From the human T2T-CHM13v2.0 reference genome, Homo sapiens, in NCBI RefSeq assembly GCF_009914755.1, contig NC_060928.1: 64,000 nucleotides of DNA. One strand, written 5' to 3'. The translations under genes and the position numbers were made by a program. Below, in pieces: positions 30,471 through 49,796 of this stretch (position 1 is the stretch's first letter; each line of letters starts with the position of its first letter). Below the pieces are notes generated by a model. It saw nothing but the letters and a program-made list of their open reading frames with translations. It was not told the DNA's origin and ran no database searches.

Positions 30471-30865
30471 AAAATATGTCAGAGGTGTAAGAAAACTAAT
30501 GAAACAAAGTTCCTGGATCCAATTCTCCTTGTCCATAGCTACTCCTTGTATGAAACTGGAGAAACTCTTGAACTTCTTTATTGGTAATGATTATTAGTGG
30601 AATGGCATCTAACCCATTTAATTATGAATCACAAGAGATCAGCAAAATTTACATGACACAAAAATTACAGAAAAATAAAAGAAAAAATCTTCAAGATTTA
30701 CTGCTTCCATATGCCTCCATATACCTAACCCATGAAAAAGGAAATTTTCTCATTATAATTATTTCTTTGCACAAAACAAAAGCAAATAATTCAAACCTCC
30801 TTATCATTCAAAAAGCAAAGAGTATTTTCTATTGCTAATAGTCAACATTTTAAATACCCATCTTA

Positions 30866-31179
<314 letters not shown>

Positions 31180-31572
31180 TCACTTCACAGTCATCCAAGT
31201 TGAACCTTATTCTTTTTCTTCTTAAGATTGAGCTAATCTACTATTAATGGAAACTGTACCCTTAAGTGACATCAGGTTTGCCTACCAAGGAGATTCAGGC
31301 CCTCTCTGTTCTGCATCTTCTTTCACATCCTACCCATTCCCAGGAAGCCTTCTTGATCTAACTTATGCTACAGAATATCAGATATCAGATGAGTGAGGGG
31401 CACTCTCTGTGGTTCCTGTTGAGATAGATCATATTTTAACTGAATGGGAGATTTAATTCTGGAATTTCACTGTTAGCCAGTTTTTCTCCATAGAAAGGTG
31501 ATCAAGGCAAATGCTATATGAATATTCTCCTCTTTACTATAGGTGGGTTCTTCTTAAGTCAAAACAAATTTA

Positions 31573-32210
<638 letters not shown>

Positions 32211-32960
32211 GTCAAAGGAAAACTCTTAAGTGGACTGTGTCTAAAGCAACCCACTATACCCATGTGTTGATAGAAGAGCTGTGTTGCCTATTAAGACAAA
32301 GTAACTAAATGGTGATGCCACAATTATTAGTTTTTTATTTGTATAGATGGGGCTTATTTCTAGTTAATACTTCCTCTGGCTTGGGAGAGTCAGTGATAGG
32401 ATATTGACACCTACGTGTAATGTTTAAGGCAAAATGTTGGTATTTTAGATGAATTCTTTCATTTAAATTCCTCCTTGTGATCTACTGGCTTTACAGTGCA
32501 TTTATCATGCTTCAATATTAGAACCTTTAGTTTGGGGCTAACAGAAATAGTTCAGCTAATGAAAATAATGATTTTTTCATGCTGTACTACATGGTAATTT
32601 AAAGCATTTCAATTAAACAAACTGTCTCATTAGAGCTCCTTGATAATGTAGTTCCATTTGCTTTGATATGGTCAGAAATCCCAAGGATGCTTTTGGGATA
32701 CTCTCTAACTCTCATATGAACTTGCTTAAGAATGTTACCATACACCAGACATTTTAGAGTATTCAAATGACCTATTTTAAAAATGTTTGAAGCCATTTTA
32801 TGGTGTGGACCCAGAACAAATTACCCTTATTTAATAAGTAGCTTTCAGTTTGTGTTCCAAAAGTCATCTGAATTCTACCAATGAGGTTTATTTTTTAAAG
32901 CTCCATTTTTCTCATATTATAAGATTTGAAAGCACATTCATTCATAAAATTCTCATTCTG

Positions 32961-33284
<324 letters not shown>

Positions 33285-33437
33285 TTACTTCTTTGTTTTT
33301 CACAGAATAATCTTATGATGAATATTATAATGTTAAAATTTACTATTTTGCATCATATTCCCTATCATTTTTTCCTCAAAACGGTCTAGACTCACTTGCT
33401 CATTTCTCTGGAAAACAAAAACCTAACTACATAAATT

Positions 33438-33740
33438 GGCCGAGCACAGTGACTCATGACTGTAATCTCAGCACTTTGGGAGGACGAGGTGGGCAGATCA
33501 CCTGAGGTCAGGAGTTCAAGACCAGCCTGTCCGACACGGTGAAACCTCATCTCTACTAAAAATACAAAAAATTGCCAGTTATGGTGGCACACACCTATAA
33601 TCCCAGCTACTTGGGAGGTTTGAGGCAGAAGAATTGCTTGAACTCAGGAGACGGAGGTTGCAGTGAGCTGAGATAGGGCCATTGCATTCCAGCCTGGGTA
33701 ACAGGAGCAAGACTCCGTCTCAATAAATAAATAAACAAAA
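33438..33740 (+). mobile_element. Alu (AluSq-like)
   Basis: Dimeric, (AAAT)n tail. Confidence 0.95.
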
Positions 33741-33875
33741 TTGGTGAAAGGATCATTGAGATACTCTGAAGATAAATTATATATTGTTACTTTAACTCGA
33801 ATATTTAAATCCCTTCACATAAGCTAAAGGTTCAAAAAGATAAATTCTATTAATTTTACTATAGTTGAAAATAGA

Positions 33876-34177
<302 letters not shown>

Positions 34178-34487
34178 TTAAAAAATAAATTTCTCATATG
34201 CCTAACATAAGTAAGAAGTGAGGCACTTGAAAATTTATTTTATGTTACCAAATAGTCTCTTGAATTTAAATACCTGTTAATTTAACTTAAATATCAGACA
34301 AACCAGTTGTTGAACATGATAAAATAGCACAATGAACAGCTGACTGGATACCAGCTAGTTTTTTTGGCTATTGTATGCTATAGCAATTCAAATCCAACTG
34401 AACTAGTACAAAAGAGAGTTTTATGCATTTAGGCATGCTAATAACACCACTATCTTTTACCTTGATTGCAAAAACCATTTTTTTATT

Positions 34488-35260
<773 letters not shown>

Positions 35261-36449
35261 CTATAGCCTCAGCAGGGACTTGCAACAAAGAATATAATCT
35301 CACAGTTGCTCCTATAACTAGAGATATTATCATTTGGTTTTTAGGTGGAATAATAAATATAAAGTCTATAAAATAATGGTACTATTCTAACTAAAAGGTA
35401 TTTAGAAATCAGTAACCATCTATGTCACATGTTTCATCATCTGTGTCTCAGGTGCCTCTTCAAGGCACACAGATTCAGTTTTTCCCATCCAATTATCTGA
35501 ATCTCTGAAAGCGCTTTTCTTTTCCACTCACTTGTCTATCAAAAATGGCAGACACAGTAACTTTAACTTAACTTTAATCCTGAAAGCTGGAGTGAATCAT
35601 ATTAAACATAACCCAAATGTTTTTTTGTTCTTTTCTTCCTGGCCTGTGTGACCCAAACCAGTGTTTTCAAATGCGTACTGCATGAACCAATTTAAAGCTG
35701 AAGCTACGAGGTGTTTTTTTTTGTTTTTTTTTTTTGTTTTTTTTTTAGCTATGAATTTTTGAACACTTAAACCCAGAGAATGCCTCAACAGAACATCCAA
35801 TAGTCTCTGGATTGCTATTTCATTCAGTTTAAGTTCCTGGCAGAGGTCTGATTTTATGAACCCTTGTTAATTACCAAGCTTTCCAAATTTCCTACAAGGA
35901 CCTCTAATGCAAAAGGCTATCCACCCATTGTATAGCTGGTATCCGAAGCAGACATTCAGCATAAAATTGAGGCAAGTATCCAGAAAACTCAGGCAAAATC
36001 TCACAGCTTGACTTGTATCTTCTTTTAAATATCAGAACCCTAGAGCAAAACAGCAAATAATTGATAGGCGATGTTGAGAAGAGTAACTGATAGGATTGAA
36101 ACCCTGCAGGGACTGACCTAGAAAGAGAGATAAAAGGAACTGAGAGAGCCCGGTTGCTCCATCTTCACGCAATCCTGGGAGGTAGATGTTTCAGAGATCT
36201 GGCTCTGTCTAATCCCTCAGTGACTTCAAACATTTCTATTTTAGTGGCTCTTCCTCTTTCGAATGAGGATAATATAAAATGGGTTAAATTTCCTCTCTGG
36301 GCTGAAGGTGACATTCACAAGGCATCTATCGAGTCCATTTCCTTTCTCGAAGGCAATCTTCCACTGAGGCCTTCCTGAGAGACTCCTCTGAGACCCATTT
36401 CAGGCAGAGTCCTCAATTGACATCCTGCCTGTGTTTCCACAAACCCAAA

Positions 36450-36605
36450 TTAAAGTTACTTAACCTCACTGGCCTCAGTTTCTCTTCTGCAAACTGGGAG
36501 TTAAAAATACCCACCTCCCAGGTTTGGATGAGGGTTAAATAAATTATTTAAAGTCACTTAACAGAGGGCTGTACAAATAAAAAGAGCTCAACCAGCTACT
36601 GTTAT
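36450..36605 (+). mobile_element. MIR fragment
   Basis: AAGTTACTTAACCTCACTGGCCTCAGTTTCTC...TGAGGGTTAAAT. Confidence 0.75.
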
Positions 36606-37877
36606 CTTAAAAAAGAAAGGTTAAACCAGCTCCCGACGACTTTCTGCATTATCTAACAATTCTTCGAGTTGGTAAAATATTATTTGAAGCGCAAAACTCT
36701 CTGTATTTAATTTAATCCTAATTCAATTCATTTTGGCTATATTTTAGAGAATCACATAATATCTTCTATGTGGTTATATATGGTTTCCATTATTTGTTCT
36801 TGAAAACTCCGAAGACTCAGAAAAATGGTAATGTTGAAACAGACGGTGCCACCCATACCCGAGTTCCTCCGCACAGGTGCTCAGTGGGGATTGACGGTGA
36901 GGTAGTGCTTGACTTGCTGCAGCAGGGATGGCAAGTATGTGGCAGTTGCAATACCCAGCTCACCTCCAAAACATACGTCTATGTCTGCTAATAAACATCT
37001 ACATCAGCGAATAGGTCACCAAACTCTTTTCCATAGAGTCTATATTTTTCCACAAAATCCTTTTCAAAAATACTTTGGACAATCTCTGCTGATCCATCAG
37101 CCACCACTAATCTATTTCCATTCTTGGGCTATAGCATAAAGGGAAGCAAATTTAAAACGGGAAGAAAACCTTGAAGAAGAACAAACTGATTTTAACTATT
37201 TGTTTTGGTTTTCTGTGTCTAGAAACTGAAAAAAACAAAATGACTAAAGCCAGTTCTTGATCATCTGTGATATTGGAGAGTGTGGTTTAGCATGAATGAA
37301 TCAAATTAATAAATGTATGTTAGAAATGAGACATAAATGTCTAAATATAAAAATCAGAGGACTACAAAGAGCTTACATTTCATTTAAAAATAAAATGGAA
37401 AAAAAAATCAATGGTAGGCAACCATAGACAAACCTCCTCTTTTGTCAGAGCTGTTATTAACAAGTAACTAAGTCTGCAGATTTTATTTTCACCTTCTCTA
37501 CCCTTCACTGCATGTAGACGGATAGATGGGTTCATGGGATCTGCAGTGGGCAAGACACAAAAATGTACACAGACAACTGAGCTGGAAAACCACAGACATG
37601 TTGATCAGCTCTTGAATAATAAATATCTGCAAGGTTATAAAATTGTTGGTGATTTACATATGAAAACAGTCTCAGTGCTAGGGAGAGAAAAAAGTTTAAG
37701 TAGCAGTATGAGAAGCTTACAGGAAAAAGCTAAAAATATTTCAAAGGAAAATCTGTGAATTAGAAAAAAATATATACTTCCATAAGCAATTTTGTTTATC
37801 TCCTGGGTAAAAGACAAGATCATCTCTGTCTATGCTTGGTAAAGATGCTATGTATTTGGCCACTACCATTTGAGAGA

Positions 37878-38105
37878 AGCAGAAGAGCATAGCAGTGTTC
37901 AGACTCTAGAGCCAGACTGTCTGGGTTCAATCCCAGTTCTGGAACTTTTCAGTTTTGTGAGCTTGGGCAAGCTGCACGACTTCTCTGTGCCTTGGTCATC
38001 TTCTCCATAAAGTTAGGATGATAATAGAGCCCACCTCATAACATTCTGACAAGGGCTAAATGAGTTAATATATCTAACATCTAGACTAGTTCTTGATACA
38101 TACTA
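37878..38105 (+). mobile_element. MIR SINE
   Basis: AGACTCTAGAGCCAGACTGTCTGGGTTCAATCCCAG...GTGAGCTTGGGCAAG...AAATGAGTTAATA. Confidence 0.8.
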
Positions 38106-38198
38106 GATTTTCTCCTTGGATATTTGTTGTTATTTGCTACAACTTGGTAAAGATCAGACCTCAAAGGAATAATAGCTACTTTTTAAAAATAGTAGATA

Positions 38199-38482
38199 GG
38201 CCAAGCATGGTGGCTCATGCCTCTAATCCCAGCACTCTGGGAGGCTGAGGTGGGTGGATTGTTTGAGCTCAGGAGTTCAAGACCATCTAGGGCAACATGG
38301 AAACACCCCATCTCTACAAAGATACAAAAATTAGCCAGGTATGGTGGCGCATGCCTGTAGTCCCAACTACTTGGGAGGCTGAGGTGGAAGTTGCAGTGAG
38401 TCATGATCATGCCACTGCACTCCAGCCTCGGTGACAGAGCCAGACCCTGTCTCCAAAAAATATAAATAAATACATACATACA

Positions 38483-38512
<30 letters not shown>
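38199..38512 (+). mobile_element. Alu (AluJ-like, right-arm deletion) with (TACA)n tail
   Basis: GAGGCTGAGGTGG joined directly to AAGTTGCAGTGAG; tetranucleotide tail about 38471-38510. Confidence 0.92.
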
Positions 38513-38516
<4 letters not shown>

Positions 38517-38542
38517 ATGTAAAGTCCTTAAAATGGCCTATC

Positions 38543-38946
38543 AGGTGCCCATCAATCCAGGAGTGGATAAAGAAAATGTGGTATATAAATAAGATGGAAT
38601 ACAACTCAGCCATAAAAAGGAATGAGTTAATGGCATTCATGGCAACCTGGATGGGATGGGAGACTATTATTCTAAGTGAAGTAACTCAGGGATGGAAAAT
38701 CAAACATTGTATGTTCTCACTCATAAGTGGGAGCTAAGCTCTGAGGATGCAAAGGTATAAGAATGATGCAATGGACTTTGGGGACTTTCGGGGAAAGGGT
38801 GGGAAGGGAGATAAGGGATATAAGGCTACAAATTGGGTTCAGTGTTTACTGCTCAGGTGATGGGTGCACCAAAATCTCATAAATCACCACTAAAGAATTT
38901 ACTCATGTAACTGAATACCAGCTGTTCCCCAAAAAACCTATTAAAA
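38543..38946 (+). mobile_element. L1PB1-like 3' end
   Basis: GGAGACTATTATTCTAAGTGAAGTAACTCAGG...GGTGATGGGTGCACCAAAATCTCA...CCCCAAAAAACCTATT; TSD AAAATGGCCTAT. Confidence 0.88.
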
Positions 38947-39029
38947 AAATGGCCTATTAGGGAAAAAAAATAGTGGGACGTATTATTGAGTTTTGTTATC
39001 TTGTGTTTTTTTAAAATACTTTTTTGAAA

Positions 39030-39553
39030 GTGTATTGGTTCTTTATTGTTGCTGTAACATATTTCCATAATATTGGTTCATGCAGTACCATAAATCCAGT
39101 GGCTTAAACAACACAAATATATTCTCTTCCAGTACTGGAGATTAGAAGTCTAAACTGGGTTTCACTGGGCTAATATCAAGGTGTTGGCAGGGCACCTCCT
39201 TTCAGGACCTTTCAGGGAAAATCCATTTTCTTGCCTTTCTGGCTTCTAGAGGCTGCCCACATTCCTTTGCTGCTAGTGCCATGCCATTGTCAAAGCCAGC
39301 AATGGCCAGTCAAGATTTCTTACATCACTCTGATGCCAAATCTTCTACCTCCTTCTCCCACACGTCGACACCCCTGTGATTTCTTTGGACCCACCCCGAT
39401 ATCCAGGATAGTCTCCCTATTTTAAGATCAGCTGATTAGCGAACTTAATTCATCTGCAAGCCTAATTCCTCTTTGCCATGTAATGAAACATATTCACAGG
39501 TTCCAGGGATTAGGGCATAGACATTTTGGGGGGCCATTGTTCTGCCTGCCGCA
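39030..39553 (-). mobile_element. MLT1D-like MaLR LTR
   Basis: GTGGCTTAAACAACAC...GGCTTCTAGAGGCTGCCCACATTCC...TTAAGATCAGCTGATTAGC...GGCCATTGTTCTGCCTGCCGCA. Confidence 0.88.
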
Positions 39554-39956
39554 GAGGGGAATAACATCTATCTTAGAAACTGGAATGATTAATATAGTCT
39601 GCATGGTAAAGTGAGAAGAGTTTTGGAGTAAGCAAACAAGAGGTCTGAGTTCAAGCCTGTGTTTGGTTATTAGCTAGTTTTATGATCTCGAGAAATTTTA
39701 AGTCACTTTATCTCTTTGGACTTCTATGCAATAAGAGTTGATGTTATATGACCTATGACTCTGTCAAATTAAAAATAAAGGGCTAAAGTCATTGGATTAT
39801 ACAACAAGGCATTGAGATATTCTTCTGCAGAGGACAGCTCTAAATTTAGTTTTTAAATGAGTCTACCTTTACCTGCCTTCTTGGTTCTGAAATTTCCCCC
39901 TTTCACAGTGTAAAAACCATGCATCATCACAACTTCTGGGCATTGGGAGAGGTGCA

Positions 39957-40271
<315 letters not shown>

Positions 40272-42767
40272 ATGGTGCAATATTTTTGAGGCAAGATGTA
40301 TGAACTGTTTTATCAGTGCATACCAACATTCGCTCCAACATGGGAGAAATCATTCCTGTGGTGTTCTTTCTTAAACCTAATTTCCTCTATTCGTATAGGT
40401 GGACACAAGTAATATTTTAAAATAAAATCTGATTTTATTGCAGCTATAATTAGAAACCATTTACTTGAAAGTTCTTCTTTTTGAAAATGCAGAGGAATAC
40501 ATTATCCTTCGCATGACTTTCTGAATCCTTGAAGACCACTAGATCATCCCTTGTTCTCCTCCATAAGCATTACTTTTCAATCCTTTAATCATATTTGTTG
40601 CAAATTTAAGAGACTACTTTTAACACTTTGAGAGGGGCTGTTGTTAATGAAAATAGAGGCATAAGGGCAGATATAAAGCCAAGAAAACCTGTCATCTATT
40701 ACGCTAAGCACGTTAATAGAGCTTATCCTTGTACTGAAGATCCTGGAGAAAGAGATAAAAGAGATATTTCTTCATTTTTGAAATTCATTTTTAAGGAGAA
40801 AAAAAAATCCATCTTAACTACCACAACTATTTATAGTCTCAGAAGTAGCTTGGTAACAGAAAATAATCCTGCTTGAACTAACAAATAAGTAATATAAATT
40901 CAAGCCTCAGTTATGTCATTAACTAGCTGTGTGACCATGGACAAGTCACTTGACCTCTCTAAACTTTCATTTCATAGTGTTCATTCACTGGACTGCAAGA
41001 GAATAATTGGGTCCAACAAAGAGTAACAAAGAAAACGTGACAGGATAGCGAAGACATATTAAAAAGAAACCTGTAAACCGTTTTAAGGAATGTTGAATTT
41101 CAAATACCACTAATTTAAACAAAATTCCCTCAACAGAGAATCGGATGGCCCAGCTATTTGATTTATTCTGTCAACCTACCCAGGAATGCCAGCAGCTTAG
41201 AAAATTGTGATGATGAAAAGAAAACAAAAAAAGTTTGTAAAATTTGTTACTTTTTTGAAACCAAGTGAATATCTATTTTTTTAATTTCATAATCAAACTT
41301 GTTTTCATTTTCAAATTTCTATGAAACAAATGAAGACAATGCTAAATATTGAGTTAGTTCAATTGAGCTTGACACTATTGAGGGCCCAAGCAGAGGTTTA
41401 TTTCCTCAAAAAGCAATCAACATTCTCCCTCTTGGCGCTACCGAAATTTGTACCCTAACTAGGTAGTCGCCTCAAACACCTTAGTCTGGTAACACAGAGC
41501 ATAGAGCAGGGGAGTATGAGACCATCATCTCTAGTGGAAAAACAACTCAAACATGCTTGAGTGACAGACAACAGCCATAAACGGTATCTCTTTTCCTTGT
41601 GGAAAATAGCACTTCTCCATGCTTTGGCTGACTATCAAACCCTGGGGACAGCCTCCGGTTCCAAACAGAAAGCAACGCAGATCTCAGTGGCATTCCAATC
41701 TAGCCCGTTTTCAGTTCCCACAGATGTTTTTAGCTGGTGGTAGGCTATTGCCTTCAGGAGTTTGTCATTTACAGAATCTTATAAAGTGGGTACCAGTGTT
41801 CCCTGCCCTCTTCCCAGGCAGGAACAGCTATGTCATGGGAAACCCGTCAGGCATTCAGTGGCTTCTTGTCCCAGACCTCCTGTGGTTGGCCTATCTTTCC
41901 AAGCCAATTTGAGGCTTCTCTATTCTCTTTGTCCCCCTTGGCTATCTATGACAAGGGGCTGGATCTTAGAGCTGAGTGGTCCATCAGGGATATTTTGGGC
42001 TAATAACACCCATTGTGCTTGGAAACATTTGTATGGTACCACAATAAAGTTCCTGAGTAGAATTTGCTTGTCTGTGCTAAAAACTTCAGTAGACCATTGA
42101 CAGGAGCCAAAGCCTTCAATGACAAGAGAGGATGTGTCTTATAGATGGGATGGGACAGGAGTAATAAAGTGTCTAAATGCAGGACTTACTTACTTTTGTT
42201 GCTGAAGGCATGATCTTGAAAGATTTAAAGACAGAAACCAAGAAATGAATGTCATATTGTCACTTTTAATTCCCCAGCAAAATAAATCTCCTGATTTTTC
42301 TGTCAGAGTGATTTGTAAACAAAAACTCTCCATTAAAAAAAGAAATGATTTCTTTAAAGTCTGTCTTGTGAAAAGACATTGCTTACTATACTATTTAAAT
42401 TTGATTTCCTGGGGTGGAAATATTTGCTTGTGCTGACAACAATGCATCAAGCATACAGACGCAGAGCCAGTGGCCGGGCTCCTTAAACAAATGATTTTAG
42501 TAGATGTGGCTCTTGGCCTTCAGGACATAAAATCTGTTTTTGTTTCTGTTTTGTATACTAATATCAGCAAAGGCTTCCCTTTTCTCTTTGCATTTGGAAA
42601 CTTTTGGTTGAATTTCATTAGGCAGGCGGCTCTCTTTTAATGTATAAGTTTTTGAGTAATGTTGGAAAAAGTTAATTAATCAGAATGCTTGAATAACAGG
42701 TTAAACAGCTATTAAAATTTGTAATCATTAAGATTCACTTAGCCAGAAGATACTTTCTGCCTGTATC

Positions 42768-43412
<645 letters not shown>

Positions 43413-45039
43413 GTATATTATTGCCTATATTAAAGATCTTGTAGGGTACTAAGATCAAGATTCTGGATATGTTTGGACATTGTTCAGCTGTGGGTTGAAG
43501 ACTGGGATGAAGGTGCACTGACCTTAGAACTTGCCTTTGTAACTATTACTTTTTATTAAATGACTGATACTGCATTTTTTTTATGATTCCCCTATTTTTC
43601 CTGAAAGCCAAGTATAGAAGCTAATTCTAGTTAATTTATGGTTTCATTTAATTAAGTTCCACTTAAATGAGATTTTACTGTAACATGGTCAATTGTATTA
43701 TGAATTATGAGATTTATTTGGGGCAAAGTTAGCACTTACAGGCTGGAAGAAACCTAATGTCTTTAAAACTTGAAAGAAGAGTCTTCTTAGAACTTATTTT
43801 CTGGATGCCACACAGGTCTGCCTCTTTCTGATGAAACCTAATTCCAAGCATCACTTTTTATCTCTAAGAACTCCAGCTCTGATTGTGTCTTTGCTTTGGT
43901 GACACCCTGGCGGTTCCTTTCTGTTGCTCAGAATTTGTCAAAAGAATAAGGAAGATCCTGATGAGCTCAGTCTCCCTTACCCACCACTAGGTCAAGCCTC
44001 CCTCTCTGAAGAGTCCTTCTCATCCTTATGCCTGCTTCCAGAGTTGGTGGGGTTGGCTTTGGAGCAGGACTTAATTTTGCCTCATTTAAAATCATGTGCT
44101 CAATTGCTTTCTTTCTCTTAAATAATGAAAAGCCAGCAAAGAATAGCTTAATGCATAAGGAAAAATGAATTTAGAGAAATTATTCATCTGCCTGTAAATA
44201 ATAGCTTCATGGATATGAGGTAGCTAATTCTCGACAATATTAGGTGCTCTTTCAATAAAAGCAAGAGAAAGAAAAGATCTCAGAAATTTCTTTGTCATGC
44301 TTAAAAGTCCTCTGTCCCCCACTCCCCACAATTCCCTGTTTTTTTTTTTAGAAGGGATATTTGTTCTCTCTTATAATCTGGAAATGTATGTGCCTAATTA
44401 AAATAAGATGTACTCTTTAAAGGATGAAAATAAAAAGTGATCAAAATAGATTTTTGTTATCCTTGGGGCATTGGGAGTTTAAACGCAAACTGCATGGCTT
44501 GCAGTGTGGAGAATTAATTATTGGTAATTGAAGTTGTAAGCTTAATTCCCTGCTTGCTTCAATGAAAATGAATCCTTTTATTTAATATTGAAATAAGCAC
44601 CACTAACCTCATGATCTGAGACAGCACATGCACTCAGCTTTTGAGCAACAGTGAATGTTTAAAAAGCTTTATCTTTTTAACACTGAATTGTGATTAAAAC
44701 AAAACAAAACAGAAACACCAGCTTGCGGGAGTGGTATAAATACATTAGCAAATAACATAATAGATGGTATTTGGGTACTCTTAATAGATGCTGTTCTTAT
44801 TCACCAGTAAGAGACTTTATTTTGTATTCAAATAAAAGTCTAAACCATTAAAAAATGCATTTATGCTTTTTGAAAACTTGTCCTGAGTAAAATATTTTCG
44901 TTGGCTTGTTTTGTCATGTTGAAGCAGGGTGACCGTTCAAACTGTTGGGCAGAAAAATTTCTCTGCCCTGTGTTTCTGCTGTGAGGAGTTCTTGTCTTCC
45001 TGAGGAAGCATTACAGCTAATCATGATGTGGACTTTGCC

Positions 45040-45445
45040 TCCTGCCCAGTTCTCTTGCTGTGTCTGTGCCCCTCTGTGTCTCAAGGAATGTCTCTGGGTA
45101 TTTACACTGACTGTTCTGTGACTTAGATCTGGTAGATTTCCAGGCCCCCTATTCTATGCCTGCTCTTTGCCTAATTAACATCTACTCCTCTCTCAGATCT
45201 CAACTCAAACATTACACCTGAGATTAAGGCAAGCACCCCTCTCTTATATTCTTACCACAGTAAATCATGTTGCAATTACTTGTTTCATGCTTGTCCGTTC
45301 TGCCAGAGCACAAGTTCCAAGAAGGCAGGGTCTGCCTTGTTCACGGGTAGAGGTCCAGTAACTAGTTCAGAGCCTTGCATATATGGGGGATCAAGAAACA
45401 TGTTTGAGTGAATGAATGAATAAATGAATGAATGGTGAATGAATG
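45040..45445 (+). mobile_element. L2 3' end with (TGAA)n tail
   Basis: CAGATCTCAACTCAAAC...AAGTTCCAAGAAGGCAGGG...TGTTTGAGTGAATGAATGAATAAATGAATGAATG. Confidence 0.8.
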
Positions 45446-46249
45446 TTAATCAAGGTTGGTCTGAGCAACACTTGGCAAAATTCCCAGTTTATAGTCCTGA
45501 AGTATCCATAACTCTTACAATACAATTAATAATTCATTTTTCTCATTTTTAAATAGGAAATGAATGGGATTAGTATTTTCTGACTTTCTATTTATTGTAC
45601 TTCATACTTAGTCCTCAGTCAACATTTCCTAAAAGACAATTTATCCATATTTCAGTAAGTAACATCTGTAATTGTGTAATAAGTAACACAAGAAAAATTA
45701 AGCTTGTTGTTTAATGTATTTATTAGAGAAAAACCTAGATATTGAAATTCCTTCAAATGAAACAGTGTTGTTTGAATTTGCTCTCAGTGGAACCTATCAT
45801 TTCTGACCTAGGAGAGGTCTGTTCTTTAAGCAACCAGCCTCTGTGTCCACAAAGTTTGGTCATGGTTTGTAGAAAACTCCTTTGGGTCAGCTCCAAGGGC
45901 CAAGTTTGCTCAGATTGCTCAAACTTTCAAAACTATTTTTCTCAAAAGCACAGGGCTTAAATGAACACTTGTTTGATCTAAATATGGTTTCACATTGTCA
46001 TGGAGAGAAAATAAAGGAGACAGAAGAACGCTTTGGTCTTTATCTCAGTATCCTGAAACTTCTACTTCATTCATTTTTAAAAAAGGAGCAAAAGTAGATC
46101 TAAATGGTTTTCTGGGTTAAGATGGTAGACTAAACCACACATCTAATTTTGCTGCTCTACAAAATTCCATAAAACTTGAGTAAAGTGATTTTCTTGAAAA
46201 GGTACAACTCACATGAAAAAAACACAAAAACAAAAAAAAGGAGAAACTA

Positions 46250-47230
<981 letters not shown>

Positions 47231-47331
47231 TCATCACTTCCTCCACTTGGCTTCCAGAATGCCAGAAGCCTGGTCATTTCCCTTTAGTAAGGAGATCGGA
47301 AGAATGTTTTCTGCTAAAAATCTCAACATAG

Positions 47332-47673
<342 letters not shown>

Positions 47674-48097
47674 TAAATATTGACATTGGAAGTACAAAGA
47701 GCCTATCCAGACCACTTGACAGTGACATCCAAAGTAAACAAGCTCCACAGAAGCACCCAGAGCAACCAATTATGATTTAAATCCCTTGTTCTTAATTATA
47801 AAGGAAGGATGACAAGATATGGAAGATAAAGACCAAACCAATAAACAAAAGAAAGCAACTTGAAGGAAATAGAGACTATACGGTGGGGGGTGGGGCGGGG
47901 GGAAACTCCAACAAAGCTATTCTTTTTTTTTTTTTTTTTTTTTTTTGAGACAGGGTCTCATTCTGTTGCCCAGGCTGGAGTTTAGTGGCTCTATCTTGGC
48001 TCACTGTAGCTTCGATCTCCTGGGCTCAAGCAATTCTCCCAACTAATCCTCCTGATTAGCCAGGACCACAGGCATGCACCAATATGACCAGCTAATT

Positions 48098-49064
<967 letters not shown>

Positions 49065-49140
49065 TAATAACCTCAGAGAGACTGGGTGCAGTGGCTCCCG
49101 CCTGTAATTCTAGCGCTTTGGGAGGCCAAGGTGGGCAGAT

Positions 49141-49486
49141 TGAAAGGCAATGGAAGGGCACCGTGGAACAATAAGGCGGAGAGGCGAGACTAAGAGGGCA
49201 AAAATCTTCTTTCTTGAGCTCTCAGGCGAGGTTCACTGGTCCGCAGGGGGAGGGCCAGGGAAGTCGCACTGTGCCAAAGGTGCAGCGCGCTTTTATGGAT
49301 GCTGGGTGAAGAGTGGGCGGGGTAGGGGCGGGGTCGGTTGAGTTTCGCGCTTCTGAGTGTGACACGCCCTAGTGGGCATGCGCGTTAGTCAGGGTGGCGG
49401 GAACAGGAAAGGTGAACCCGGAAATGCTGAATCAGGGTATCCGAGGTGGCGATCGCCATCTTGGAGTCTTCACTGGAGTCCAATCA
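49141..49486 (-). mobile_element. Solo LTR, LTR18A-like (ERVL class)
   Basis: 346 bp, TG...CA ends, 5-bp TSD CAGAT (49136-49140, 49487-49491); minus strand TGATTGGACTCCAGTGAAGACTCCAAGATGGCGATCGCC...CCATTGCCTTTCA matches my recollection of LTR18A. Confidence 0.88.
49285..49465 (-). promoter_or_regulatory. Promoter-like motif set within the LTR
   Basis: YY1-type CAAGATGGCG (49454-49463), ETS-like CCGGAA, NRF1-like GCATGCGCG, two GC boxes (49315-49333), TATA-like CATAAAA (49291-49297). Confidence 0.5.
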
Positions 49487-49517
49487 CAGATCACCTGAGG
49501 TCCGGAGCTCAAGATCA

Positions 49518-49796
<279 letters not shown>

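Noticed and set aside
41560-42070. Overlapping ORFs followed by AATAAA (~42043) as a terminal exon or processed pseudogene
   Set aside because: No recognisable protein, poly(A) tail or TSD; AATAAA is common in this AT-rich DNA
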